In this document: in pieces, positions 38,435 through 48,517 of the stretch
Layout of the letters: every line of letters begins with the position of its first letter
Numbering within the stretch: position 1 is the first letter of the stretch
Virus genome (UHGV): UHGV-2025275
DNA length: 64,000 nt
Source of the DNA: a virus
Direction: 5' to 3' (one strand)
The notes under the pieces: model-generated
Seen by the model: the letters and a program-made list of their open reading frames with translations, nothing else
The model's database searches: none
Told to the model about the DNA's origin: nothing
Made by a program: the position numbers and the translations under genes

Positions 38435-41400
38435 TTGCTAATAGTCTCCGCTACCTCTGCCAGAATTGCTTCCAGCTTTTCGCCTTCCTCTGGGCGAAAG
38501 TACAAAATGTTCGGGTTAAATCCGTAGAAAACGGTCACATCCAGCTCTGGCAGATACTCTTTGCGTCCAACCAGATCGGATGGTTTGCTCTTGTTGTTGA
38601 AGAGTGACGTCGCCCGGCTGCCACACGTCAGCACATAGGTCGGACGCACCAGATTGATCTCTTCACGCATAAAGTCGGTGAACTGGCCGATCTCGTCTTT
38701 GGTGTAGTCCTTCTCTTTGTCCTTCACCTTTTTGCACACGCCGGTGACGTAGAGATCGCCCATGCGCAAATCGCCTGCAGTAAGCAACTTCGCCTTGAAG
38801 TCGTCGTAGCCATTCTCCATGAAGTAGCCGGTACGCCCATCATTGCCGTTCGCGTGGTCCAGAATGACCATGATTTTCGGCTTAATGCCAATGCTTGGGC
38901 GGATCAGGTCGTCTCCCAGACCCATTTCAGCCGCCATGCGAGTCATCAGTACATTCACTTCAGCAGAGCGCTTAGGGTTCATCTCGAACGGTCGAGAGGC
39001 TTTTACAGCGTCGATCACCAGATTGCCCATCAACTCTGCCTGGTCGCGCAGTCGTTCCGGATCTGTCGCTGGCAGACTGCCAGGCTCAATCGATGCGAAC
39101 GCACCTACTTTTTGCAGTGACTCGCGTACTCGGCTGTTACACGCACGCTTCTCGACCGCTTCCTCAAATTGCTCAAGTGACTCGAATTTGCCGCCAACTT
39201 TCTCACGCGCTCTCATGATGGCCTGGCAACCATTCTCAGAGCAGCCTTTCACAGCAGAGAAGGGCGCATACAGAACCTGGCTGCCGTCTTCCAGCGTGCG
39301 GATCTCAATTCGGTTAGATGACACGTTAACGTCTGGTGGCAATACGCGAATGCCATAGGTCAGCGCATCCTTAACCAGCCCCTGGTGCTTATCCTCGCCC
39401 AGAATGGTGAGCGCAGCAGCGAAGAACTCAGCAGGGTAATGTGTCTTTAACCACATAGACTGATAGCTGATCAGCGAGTAGGCAACGGAGTGTGATTTGT
39501 TGAACTGATACGCACCGTTCTTCTCGAAGGCATCCCAGATCTCCTTAGCTTTCGTCTCAGACAAGCCCGGTTGTGACCCTGTAACGCGTACAGCAGCCAT
39601 AGGCAATTTCACACCTGCCTCCAGCGCTTCTTCGACCGTCCGCAGTGCGCCGTCCTCACATTTGAAGTGTTCCGCGCGGTGAATACGCTGCGTGGTGCCG
39701 TCTTCCATCTCAACGTCGATCCAACCCGCTTGAGCCTGAACGACGAACTTCTCGCCCATGCTCTTCATCTTTTCCATATCCTTTTTACCGATCGCTTTAC
39801 GCACACCATCTGCTTCGGCCATCGTGAAGCCGGCCAGCAATCGTGTCGCGTTCATCGTCTGTTCCTGATACAGAATCACGCCGTTGGTTTCCGCGGTAAG
39901 TTCGTCCAGTACCGGGTGCAGCGACTGTGGAGCCATGAAGCCTTTGGCCACCGAGACATAGTCGTCCAACATGCCGGATTGAATCGGGCCAGGTCGGAAG
40001 AGTGCGGTTGTGGCGACAACGGTTTTGAAGCTCATTGGCTCAATGCCACCGCCCAGATCTTTAAGCAGCTTGCGCATGGGGCCGGACTCCAGCTGGAATA
40101 CGCCCTGCGTGTACCCTGCAGCGAACCCATCCAGAACCTTGCGATCGTCCAGTGGGATAGCATCGAGATTGATGTCTTCCCCGGTACTCTCTTTGATGTA
40201 GCGTTTCGCGCTATCCAGCAGATCGAGCGTTGCCAGACCGAGAACGTCCAGCTTAATCAACCCCATTGCCTCGCAGTAATGTTTATCGAATGCAATACAG
40301 CGAGCATTGCCACGCAGCTCGACGGGCGTGCGCTCTACCAGTGGAACGCCAGCGACGATCATCCCCGCTGCGTGACGGCCAAAACCACGCATCAGGCTTT
40401 GCAGCTTACACGCCGCTTTGAACGCTTCCGGGTTTTTCGTGGCGTATTTGTCCAGGCTGGCCAGTTGCTCGCGCAGCTCTTCCAGCGACAGGCTATCGTC
40501 CTCCAGATTCTTGAACTCTTTGGATACCGCCATATCCGCAGCGTCGACACCGTAAATACGCGCAGTGTCACGCAGCGCCGAAGCAGCGCCCAGATAGGTG
40601 AAGTTCGGAATACCGGCAACGTAATCTTCGCCATAGCGTTCATTCAGATACTCGATCACCTCATGACGACGTGCCTGGCTGAAGTCCAGATCCACATCCG
40701 GCAAGTCGAGACGTTCAGGGTTAATGAAACGCTCAAACAGAAGACCGTGACGGATAGGATCAACGTTGGTTATGCCTATGCACCACGCCACCAGAGACCC
40801 GGCAGAGGAACCACGACCTGGCCCGACAGGAATGCCAGTTTCACGACTGTGATTCATCAGGTCGCGCACCATTAGGAAGTAGCCACAGAAGCCCAGGCGG
40901 GTCAGAGTGTCCATTTCGTACTTCAGGCGATCAACATACACACGGTGCTCAGAAGCCGGTGGTGTGTAGCCAAACTCTTTGGTAGTAAGACGCTTGCGCA
41001 GCCCCGCGACAGCCAGCTTCATCAGCGTTGCAGGCTCGTCGTCTGCCATCTTGGGCAGTGCTGGTGGCAATTCATGCCAGCGCCATGTGCAGGCTTCAAT
41101 AATGGTGTCCTGCGTTGTTGAGGCCATTGCAGCTGTTACCGGCACATCCATTCGAACGGAGAAGGCTTTCAGCGCTTCAAGGAGATGGCGGCGACCATTA
41201 ACGGCGTTATCTCGCTGGTGGGGAATACGCAGACGATGCGGCTGGTCGATTTTGATGTTGTTCGTAACCATGTGCGCAATGTCTTTAATGTCAGCGTCGT
41301 CGACCGCTTCGTAATAAGCGGGATAGAACGCCACTGGCTCTATTTTCAGTGCGCTCGCCACTTTCATCGCCCGGACGTTAATCTGGTCGTAGAATGGGGT

Positions 41401-41949
41401 AGGGTGCGGATAAACCACGCTGTAGAAGTTATCGCGTCCTCCAGCTGTCACCAGCGTCCCGATAATCTTTGCGAAGTCCCGGCGCTGGAATACACTGCCA
41501 ATGTCAGACGTCAGCAGGATGATGTTGCCTTTGGCATATGCGGCCGCCAGCTGGTCAAGCGCCAGACGCGGGACAAAGTAGAATTGCTCGCGCTTGTTGG
41601 CTAAGGTCATCAGTTCGCACACGTCGCGATAACCTTGCTCGTTCTTTATCAGTGCCGTGAAGCAGTAGCTGCGATCACGTACCAATGATTCCATACATCT
41701 CCCTGACTCTTTCGCCAGGCGAGCGCGGTGCTCGTATGTCGGATCGTCGACAACATTCAGCTTAACACCACAAATAACCGCCATGTCGTCGCCAGCGGCA
41801 CGCTGCAGGGGGATCACACTGGCAATGTTCATGCTGTCAGCGGAAATGACAGCGGTGTAGCCAGCGTCTTTCGCGATTTTCACCGCGTTTTCTGCTTTAA
41901 GAGCCGACTCTCCCAGGGAGAAGTCAGTTCTGACCATCAGAGCCTTCAT
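38431..41949 (-). CDS. dnaE: DNA polymerase III alpha-type (DnaE/PolC family) replicative polymerase
   Basis: GPGRGSSAGSLVAWCIGITNVDP…LLFERFINPER…LPDVDLDF palm/finger motifs of Pol III alpha; degenerate N-terminal PHP domain. Confidence 0.9.
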   Translation of the reverse strand: MKALMVRTDFSLGESALKAENAVKIAKDAGYTAVISADSMNIASVIPLQRAAGDDMAVICGVKLNVVDDPTYEHRARLAKESGRCMESLVRDRSYCFTALIKNEQGYRDVCELMTLANKREQFYFVPRLALDQLAAAYAKGNIILLTSDIGSVFQRRDFAKIIGTLVTAGGRDNFYSVVYPHPTPFYDQINVRAMKVASALKIEPVAFYPAYYEAVDDADIKDIAHMVTNNIKIDQPHRLRIPHQRDNAVNGRRHLLEALKAFSVRMDVPVTAAMASTTQDTIIEACTWRWHELPPALPKMADDEPATLMKLAVAGLRKRLTTKEFGYTPPASEHRVYVDRLKYEMDTLTRLGFCGYFLMVRDLMNHSRETGIPVGPGRGSSAGSLVAWCIGITNVDPIRHGLLFERFINPERLDLPDVDLDFSQARRHEVIEYLNERYGEDYVAGIPNFTYLGAASALRDTARIYGVDAADMAVSKEFKNLEDDSLSLEELREQLASLDKYATKNPEAFKAACKLQSLMRGFGRHAAGMIVAGVPLVERTPVELRGNARCIAFDKHYCEAMGLIKLDVLGLATLDLLDSAKRYIKESTGEDINLDAIPLDDRKVLDGFAAGYTQGVFQLESGPMRKLLKDLGGGIEPMSFKTVVATTALFRPGPIQSGMLDDYVSVAKGFMAPQSLHPVLDELTAETNGVILYQEQTMNATRLLAGFTMAEADGVRKAIGKKDMEKMKSMGEKFVVQAQAGWIDVEMEDGTTQRIHRAEHFKCEDGALRTVEEALEAGVKLPMAAVRVTGSQPGLSETKAKEIWDAFEKNGAYQFNKSHSVAYSLISYQSMWLKTHYPAEFFAAALTILGEDKHQGLVKDALTYGIRVLPPDVNVSSNRIEIRTLEDGSQVLYAPFSAVKGCSENGCQAIMRAREKVGGKFESLEQFEEAVEKRACNSRVRESLQKVGAFASIEPGSLPATDPERLRDQAELMGNLVIDAVKASRPFEMNPKRSAEVNVLMTRMAAEMGLGDDLIRPSIGIKPKIMVILDHANGNDGRTGYFMENGYDDFKAKLLTAGDLRMGDLYVTGVCKKVKDKEKDYTKDEIGQFTDFMREEINLVRPTYVLTCGSRATSLFNNKSKPSDLVGRKEYLPELDVTVFYGFNPNILYFRPEEGEKLEAILAEVAETISK

Positions 41950-42127
41950 GTGTTTTTACCTTTCTGGTTTTCTTGATTTTGTCATTGGGGAAGCCAACGA
42001 ACTTCCCATACATCGAAATCGCAACCTCTTTGGCTGACTGGTGGCACTCGGGCCTATCCGGACACGCCAGACAAGCCCGGCCAGTTTCAGACGCTGCGAT
42101 AAGAGAGCCGAAACATCCTTTACGCAC
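41924..42127 (-). CDS. small Cys-rich protein (67 aa; possible Zn ribbon)
   Basis: C5, CLAC, EC-H cluster; overlaps dnaE start by 26 nt. Confidence 0.4.
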   Translation of the reverse strand: MRKGCFGSLIAASETGRACLACPDRPECHQSAKEVAISMYGKFVGFPNDKIKKTRKVKTHEGSDGQN

Positions 42128-42129
42128 GA

Positions 42130-43365
42130 TTAACCGAAGATCTTCTGAACCACTTCACGCGCTGCCTGTGCAGACGTGGATGGAAGTTTATTGATAAACG
42201 ACTTTTCGATGCCGGCAGAGAAATCACCGCGCATCATTCCGATTTTTGCGGACAGCAGCAGCTCGCGAGGGCCGATTGGCTGGCTGATCAGATGCTGTTC
42301 ATAACCTTCACGGACAAGGTTCGCGAATTTCACCATCTTCTCGGCGTATTCGCGGATAACACCAGCCTCAGCCAGCATGTTGACTTCAGCCTTAGTGCTC
42401 ATGTACTTCACGTTCGAAACAATGCCGAAGCGCGAGAAGTTCGCCGCGTTCTGGATGTTCGTACCTTGATAGAGACCCGTTTCGTCGCCAGAGCCGTTAG
42501 TGTTGCCAGTGCCAATGAAGGCAAAGCGTTTATGCGGAGTGATACGGCGCCAGTCCGGAGTTGCCTCTTTGATGATCAGCGGCTCTCCTTCAAGAACTGG
42601 CTGGTACACACCCAGAATCTGCGGGAACGCGAAGTCATATTCATCAGCGAGGTACACCCAGCCATTTTTCATCGCCAGCGCCAGCAAACCAGGCTCGAAG
42701 TAGGTGGAACCATCGCGAGCGAGGATCTGGCCTGTAACGTGTGCCTCTTCCATAGACGCCGTATGCTGTGCGCGGATCAGTGGTCGATTCAGCAGGGCGC
42801 ATAGCTGCGTAGGAAGAGAAGATTTACCGGTTCCTGCATGGCCCCAGAGATAGCCTGGGATTCCGATTTCCAGCATCATGAAGATGTCTTTAATCAGGTC
42901 GAAGTCGCCATACACATAGTTCTTCTTCGCTTCCGGTACGAACTCCGGATATGGCGTGTTGACGTTGACTGTCACCTGTAGTGGTTTTCCGCGTGGCGTT
43001 CCCAGCTCTTTGATCGTTACGCCAAGCAGCTCGTGCGCGGCCACCAGTTCGGTCTTGTATTCGACCGTTCCTGCGTAGCCCGGATGTGCGCTAATGTCCG
43101 CCACTTTTCCTTCACCTGAATGCTTTTCGGCACGCTTCTCATTGAGTTTGGCCAGTGCCGTGCGAGAGATCGTTGGTTCATCCGGAAACGCAGTGGTGTA
43201 CATTTTCACCACCTCGTCCACGTCCAGACCTTTCGCGGACTCAGGAATGTTCTCGCAGCGGCCCATAGAGATATGGGATTTCAGGTAATGAAAGGATTTG
43301 CCACACCACTTGCAGACGATGGCTTCCGGCAAATGTTCTTCTTGCTGTAGTGCAGTAGCGGTCAT
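42130..43365 (-). CDS. cobS: CobS-like AAA+ (MoxR-type) ATPase
   Basis: Walker A GHAGTGKSS, Walker B VYLADEYD; paired with VWA protein. Confidence 0.75.
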   Translation of the reverse strand: MTATALQQEEHLPEAIVCKWCGKSFHYLKSHISMGRCENIPESAKGLDVDEVVKMYTTAFPDEPTISRTALAKLNEKRAEKHSGEGKVADISAHPGYAGTVEYKTELVAAHELLGVTIKELGTPRGKPLQVTVNVNTPYPEFVPEAKKNYVYGDFDLIKDIFMMLEIGIPGYLWGHAGTGKSSLPTQLCALLNRPLIRAQHTASMEEAHVTGQILARDGSTYFEPGLLALAMKNGWVYLADEYDFAFPQILGVYQPVLEGEPLIIKEATPDWRRITPHKRFAFIGTGNTNGSGDETGLYQGTNIQNAANFSRFGIVSNVKYMSTKAEVNMLAEAGVIREYAEKMVKFANLVREGYEQHLISQPIGPRELLLSAKIGMMRGDFSAGIEKSFINKLPSTSAQAAREVVQKIFG

Positions 43366-43461
43366 GTGTTTTTCCTTACTGTTTGTCGTTCGTGGGGTAT
43401 ATCTTATATAAATATATTAGACTGCATAGTAAGTGATTACTTATTTTTACGGGTAAATCCA

Positions 43462-45834
43462 TTACCCAAGAATGATACGAGATAGTTCTGTGACGACTGA
43501 CGGCCCTAACTCTTCTACGCTGTTTACCAGTGCGTAATTTTTGTAGTAACGCCGTGGTGCGTCGGTCAGAACGCCGATAGCCATCAAATCGATGTCACTC
43601 AACGTCTCAATTTCTTTGGTGACGGTTCGCAAATGCTGATGGAACCCGTCGCCTGCAGCACATGGCGCCCCGTCGCTCATAACCAGCATGATCTTCTTGT
43701 CCTCCATTCGCCCTGCAAACAGAGTCGCCAGCTGCGCGACGCTCTCACCATCGACGTTATTGAGCAGGGGGAATGTCTCACACACGCAGCCCATGCGGGC
43801 GCGGATCTCTGGAGAGTTGGCTTTCTCATTCCAGTTTTTGATAATGGGCAGCATTAGCGCCTCGAAACGAGTAAACCCGCGCTTCGATATGGTTTCATAA
43901 TCTGGGCTACCAAACGTGGTAAAGCCGGTGATGATGTTAGGCACATTGATACGATCCAGAGCATCCGCAATGGTGTAGGCGCTTGCGATTGCCAGCTGAA
44001 TCTTCCTGCCGCCCATTGAGCCGGACAAGTCGATCACCTGCTGGACGCACGCGTTCACCGCTCTGTGGTCTTCTTTCTTGCGGAATACGCGGTCGTCGTT
44101 CATTGCCAGACGATACAGGTTCGCGCCATGTATCCGCCCACGTCTCTGGCCTGGGATAAACTGAACTCGGTTGCGGCTGGCGATAGCTCGCTCCAGGTCT
44201 TTGGCCAGAGTCGAAGAAACGCCTGCTGACAGATGTTTTTCGATTTTCAGTTCAAAGAGCTTTCTGCCTTCCGGAACCATGCGGTAGCGATCGACCGGTG
44301 AGTGCATCGGGATTGCGCCGAACGTCTTTCTGGTGCGCTTTACATGCTCTTCAGCCTCATCAATCAACCCGATAAAGTCGTATGAACGATCGTATGGGCG
44401 ATACTCAGAAAGTGAGGTGCTCATAAGCTCTTTGCTGATGGTGGCCGACAGTGCGTCTTCGGTCATTTCGCCTGTTCCGTCTTCCATCTCGTCGAGCGCC
44501 TTGAGTGCGTCCTCCAGAGTCATTTCATCCGGAGCAGGAACAAAGCCTGACTCACTGTCTTCAGGCGCTTCCGCAGCATCCTCATTTTCTTTACCTTCGC
44601 CGTCTGTTTGATCGGCGGCATCATCTTCCTCTTCGCCTTCTCCTTCCGACTCCCCGTGACCGGCATCGGAGTCTTCGCCGTCATCACTATCACTATCCCC
44701 ATCGCCAGCGGCGCCAGAGCCATAACCATCGGAGTCATCGGCGTCTTCGCGAATGCCATCACCAGGCGTTGGAGAGCCAGTGTCATCACTACCACCTTCG
44801 TCATCAGAATCACCTGATTCCATGCCGGCATCATCGGATTCTGAGGTGTCTCCTGATTCCTCTTCGCCTGCTTCTGTATATTTACTTTCTGTATCACTAA
44901 TTTCTTTATCTTCTGTAGGTAAGTTCTTATCTACTGATTCAGGCAAATCAGAATCCCCAGACTCTTCCTCTTCTGAGGCATCATCTTCTTGCTCTTCCTT
45001 GTCGTCGTCTTCGCCTTTGGTACGCTTTGGTGCTGATTCACTATGAGTCGGTTCGTCACCGGCTTCTGGGGTTTCCTCTGACTCATCCTCACTCTTCGAC
45101 GGCTTCCTAGCAGACGATTTAAGCTCTGGTAATTTGCCCTCTGGCTTGTCTTTCATATCCTGCATGATTTGGGCGATAGCAGCTGCTACCTTCACGCAGT
45201 CTTCTGTGTTCGACATATTGCGAACGGCCACGTCGATACCATGCTCTTTGAGCAAGGCCACAGGCTTCTCGATGAGGTGCCAGTGTTCTTCCATAAAGTC
45301 GATGAAAGGGCTTTGGCCATCCCAGGCGCGAACGACCGGGCAAAGGAAGAATTTCAGGAACAATTCACGCTGGTTGCCGTGGCAGATTGAAACCGCCTCT
45401 GAAACTTTGCCCTTGAAGTATTTGTCGATCACCACGTTCTGTGTGGCCAGCAAATTGCGACGAGTTCCGTTGAATACCTGTCCCATTCTGCGTTCAATAA
45501 AAACGTCTTCCAGCGCGTTCCAAAGCCCGGTAGACGGAGCCTTTCCTTTCTCGCGCATCTTCATTGCGACTTTCGGATCAGTAAAGAGGATATGGGCTAC
45601 CTCATGGTCGAGAAAACCACGTACTGCGTTCATGAGGGTTGGTGACGCGTCGTCCGGTATAGATGGGATGTTTACCAGCACTGGTTCGCCGCGCCGGTTG
45701 TAGCGGACATATGCTTCATTACCTCGCTCTGCAACAGGTATCTGTTTGCCTGATAGCATCGCTACAACTCGTTTTACGCAGTCGCGAAAGTCCTGTACCT
45801 CTTTCAGCACAGATCTGGTCATGGCTTTGGACAT
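43462..45834 (-). CDS. cobT: CobT-like protein with long acidic low-complexity region and C-terminal VWA domain
   Basis: MIDAS DLSGSMGG; ~300 aa D/E/S-rich; start at ATG with AAGGAAA SD (ORF extends to 45903 across motif-2 copy). Confidence 0.7.
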   Translation of the reverse strand: MSKAMTRSVLKEVQDFRDCVKRVVAMLSGKQIPVAERGNEAYVRYNRRGEPVLVNIPSIPDDASPTLMNAVRGFLDHEVAHILFTDPKVAMKMREKGKAPSTGLWNALEDVFIERRMGQVFNGTRRNLLATQNVVIDKYFKGKVSEAVSICHGNQRELFLKFFLCPVVRAWDGQSPFIDFMEEHWHLIEKPVALLKEHGIDVAVRNMSNTEDCVKVAAAIAQIMQDMKDKPEGKLPELKSSARKPSKSEDESEETPEAGDEPTHSESAPKRTKGEDDDKEEQEDDASEEEESGDSDLPESVDKNLPTEDKEISDTESKYTEAGEEESGDTSESDDAGMESGDSDDEGGSDDTGSPTPGDGIREDADDSDGYGSGAAGDGDSDSDDGEDSDAGHGESEGEGEEEDDAADQTDGEGKENEDAAEAPEDSESGFVPAPDEMTLEDALKALDEMEDGTGEMTEDALSATISKELMSTSLSEYRPYDRSYDFIGLIDEAEEHVKRTRKTFGAIPMHSPVDRYRMVPEGRKLFELKIEKHLSAGVSSTLAKDLERAIASRNRVQFIPGQRRGRIHGANLYRLAMNDDRVFRKKEDHRAVNACVQQVIDLSGSMGGRKIQLAIASAYTIADALDRINVPNIITGFTTFGSPDYETISKRGFTRFEALMLPIIKNWNEKANSPEIRARMGCVCETFPLLNNVDGESVAQLATLFAGRMEDKKIMLVMSDGAPCAAGDGFHQHLRTVTKEIETLSDIDLMAIGVLTDAPRRYYKNYALVNSVEELGPSVVTELSRIILG

Positions 45835-45847
45835 GAGAATTTCCTTG

Positions 45848-45872
45848 TTATTAAAACAATTTGTTTTCTGAT
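45848..45872. promoter_or_regulatory. motif-2 palindrome upstream of cobT-like
   Basis: ttattaaaacaatttgttttctgat. Confidence 0.5.
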
Positions 45873-45964
45873 GTGCGTAATTTATCACTGTACGAACAGG
45901 CAACTAAGCTGTTCGTACAGGCATCTAAGCTGTTCGTACAGGCATCTATAGGCAGGAATGTATT

Positions 45965-46177
45965 TTAAATGGTTCTCACGGCAAGGGAGCCGCAACCGGT
46001 ATTGATGAGAGTGAAATGTTTATTTTTTAGCTCAAAAGTGAAAACCGTCGTATCAACCATCTCCACGGGAAGCTCTTCAGATTCTAGTTCTGTCAGGATC
46101 GTCGCGACGCCATCCAGTCCAATCGCATATGCGTGTCCAACCTCAAGGGCGGTCAATTTAGAAGTTATATTTTTCAT
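45965..46177 (-). CDS. hypothetical protein (70 aa)
   Basis: ATG ORF. Confidence 0.4.
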   Translation of the reverse strand: MKNITSKLTALEVGHAYAIGLDGVATILTELESEELPVEMVDTTVFTFELKNKHFTLINTGCGSLAVRTI

Positions 46178-46440
46178 TTCATATCATCCAACTGAACACA
46201 TTTGAAAGTTCGGCAATACTACTACCTATTGTATCAATATGGAATGCACCTATATCAGATACGTCTTACTTTTTTCTGTAAGCGAATGGTGACAAATTGC
46301 TTAAAAACCATAGTATAATGGCGGTACACCGGGGTTTTGTGCCTATCGAAATTAAATAGATAAGTCTTTACAACCCTGGCCTTTGCTGTAATATCAGTAA
46401 GCACTTACCAGAGATAAACAAAACACGCAAGGTTCACTAC

Positions 46441-46827
46441 ATGGCTACCAACGAAACAGAGATCAAACAAGGTCGCTACGCAGCTTACATTGACTCGTTA
46501 ATCACAATCTCGCCTAAAAGTCAGGCTACCATTGCCAAAGAGGTTGGGTACAAGAACGCCAACAACCTCTCCCTCATCAAAAGCGGCAAAATCCCACTTC
46601 CAGTCGATAAGGTTCGAGCTTTAGCCGAAGCACTGGAGGCAGATCCGGTTCGACTGATGCTGATGGTTCTGGAAGAACGTCATCCTGAGCTGCTTGAGTT
46701 TTTTCGCGAAGAGGGCACTGCACCTCTCTCCGCTGATGAAAAACTCGTTCTAGAAGCGTTCCGTAACCGTTTTGACGGTCAACAGGGTGCGTCAGAAAAG
46801 GTGGTAGAAGCCATCAAGTCACTGTGA
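46441..46827 (+). CDS. putative HTH (XRE/Cro-like) transcriptional regulator
   Basis: SQATIAKEVGYKNANNLSLIKSGK helix-turn-helix-like; convergent with recombinase gene. Confidence 0.55.
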   Translation: MATNETEIKQGRYAAYIDSLITISPKSQATIAKEVGYKNANNLSLIKSGKIPLPVDKVRALAEALEADPVRLMLMVLEERHPELLEFFREEGTAPLSADEKLVLEAFRNRFDGQQGASEKVVEAIKSL

Positions 46828-47925
46828 GAAATTTACACGAATAAGCTCCGTGGCTAGACGATCTCCCTTGAATTTGTGGTCTATCTCGTCTAAGTCTGTT
46901 TGATTAACGATAGATGCGATGTACGTTGAGAAGTTATTCAAGGCGTCTCGCATCTCATCCATATAATCGTGGCGATCATAGACGCGATCTATCCCTTCAA
47001 GACTGTGGTTCATAATCTTACGGGCCACCTCCTGATTAATCCCCAGAGCAGGGAAATAACTACGCGCTGTACGTCTCAGATCGCGTGGGGTGAATGACTC
47101 AACCTCCATCAACTCAGGTCGTTCCAGTATCCTTCTCAGTGCCTGGGCAATGGCCACCTTAGACATTGGCGTATCCACGCCCTTCTTCTTATTCGAAGGA
47201 ACGAGCCACTGGCTGCCTTTCCCGTACTCAAACAACTCTTCTACGCATTGGCGCATCAATGGGCTTAACGGCAGCGCGTGCTGTCTGGCCGATTTGTTTC
47301 GCGTACCTTGATTCCATACATCACGTTGAAGGTTGAACTCATCCTTTCTGGCCCGGAGCACTTCATCGGGTCGTCTGGCGGCGACAAGACAGAGCCTGGC
47401 CGCCCACTTTGTGCCTTCGCACACATTGAAGTAATCCCAGACGTTCCAGAATACCCAGACCTCGGCGTCGGTCAGCTTACGTTCTCGCGGTACTGGCTTC
47501 GCGCCACCGGCAACTTTATTGAGCGACATATCATTCAACGGCGATGTATTAATCAGCCCCTGAAAAGCGCACCAGCTCAGGAACTGTTTCATTAGGGAGA
47601 ATACGCGTCTGCCCTGGACGATCTTACCTTCCAGTATCAGTGGGTTCACCAGTTGGTTGACCAAGACCCTACTTATATCACTTACCTTTACTTCAGAGAT
47701 ATGCGGCATTACATGTATCAAAACACAATGAACGGCTATTTCAGGTCGACGTCTCGTTATCAGTAAAGATAAGCGAGTGAATAACATGAAGGCGGAAGAA
47801 AACGACATGTCTCCGTCGAAATTGGCGGTCGACACTGCCGACAAACCGGAAGCGCGTTCGAGGTACTCGATGGCTTCCCGAGAGGTGTTTTCTGCTGCGC
47901 GTGCTTTATCAAAGGTGTTTTTCAT
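46819..47925 (-). CDS. tyrosine recombinase (integrase/resolvase family)
   Basis: …RDLRRTARSY… and HSLEGIDRVYDRHDY (R…HxxR…Y catalytic set); true start uncertain (internal ATG at 47709). Confidence 0.7.
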   Translation of the reverse strand: MKNTFDKARAAENTSREAIEYLERASGLSAVSTANFDGDMSFSSAFMLFTRLSLLITRRRPEIAVHCVLIHVMPHISEVKVSDISRVLVNQLVNPLILEGKIVQGRRVFSLMKQFLSWCAFQGLINTSPLNDMSLNKVAGGAKPVPRERKLTDAEVWVFWNVWDYFNVCEGTKWAARLCLVAARRPDEVLRARKDEFNLQRDVWNQGTRNKSARQHALPLSPLMRQCVEELFEYGKGSQWLVPSNKKKGVDTPMSKVAIAQALRRILERPELMEVESFTPRDLRRTARSYFPALGINQEVARKIMNHSLEGIDRVYDRHDYMDEMRDALNNFSTYIASIVNQTDLDEIDHKFKGDRLATELIRVNFSQ

Positions 47926-48097
47926 CGTCCACTCACTGAGTGAAACCTTTTACTGTATGTATGAACAGTATATTAGGCTTAAGTTTTTGTATGATCAACC
48001 ATAAAATAGCCTGTTTTGTACAATGATTCCATACTTAATAGGTATGGAATCATTTAAGGCTGGAAATTTAAATTCTGAGATTTTATTAGCGTGATTG

Positions 48098-48508
48098 TCA
48101 CGGATTAGTGAGAGCTTGAAATGCGGCGGCGTATGCAGCGATATCGGCCATGATTTTTGGATCTTTCGCATACTGATGTGCATTGCCCGGGAAGATTGCT
48201 AATAGACTATACACATCTTGGAAATGTGCATGTTGACTGTAAACGAGTGCGCGGTCGCTTGTGCAATTGAATCTGTTGCGGCTGCTGGTTCGTTCTTGCT
48301 TCGTGAACAAGAGATGAACGTGATAAACGCGGGAGGACACGATAGCACCCGGAGCCGTATACGGGCCATCTTTGCCTAATACGGCTGGGCACATGCCTTG
48401 TTTAAGCGACGTGAAATCGTCGAGTAACGTGATCTTTAAGTCAGGCTTTATATCGAAGGTCGGCTGTAAAAATTGGGCGTAACTATCACTGTTCCATGTG
48501 ACCTTCAT
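48098..48508 (-). CDS. hypothetical protein (136 aa), possible YafO-like toxin
   Basis: size and YHVHLL motif vaguely reminiscent of YafO (weak). Confidence 0.45.
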   Translation of the reverse strand: MKVTWNSDSYAQFLQPTFDIKPDLKITLLDDFTSLKQGMCPAVLGKDGPYTAPGAIVSSRVYHVHLLFTKQERTSSRNRFNCTSDRALVYSQHAHFQDVYSLLAIFPGNAHQYAKDPKIMADIAAYAAAFQALTNP

Positions 48509-48517
48509 CGTTCAACC

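Noticed and set aside
39667-40875. 402-aa plus-strand ORF
   Set aside because: Lies entirely antisense within the DnaE gene. Composition is low-complexity and Arg/His-rich, a typical shadow ORF of a GC-balanced coding region.
44333-45046. Several 70-130-aa ORFs on both strands (e.g. 44505..44900, 44520..44897, 44753..45046)
   Set aside because: Artefacts of the D/E/S-rich low-complexity region of the CobT-like gene. They have repetitive H/R or S-rich translations.
47777-48004. 75-aa plus-strand ORF
   Set aside because: Antisense to the recombinase 5' region; no SD.
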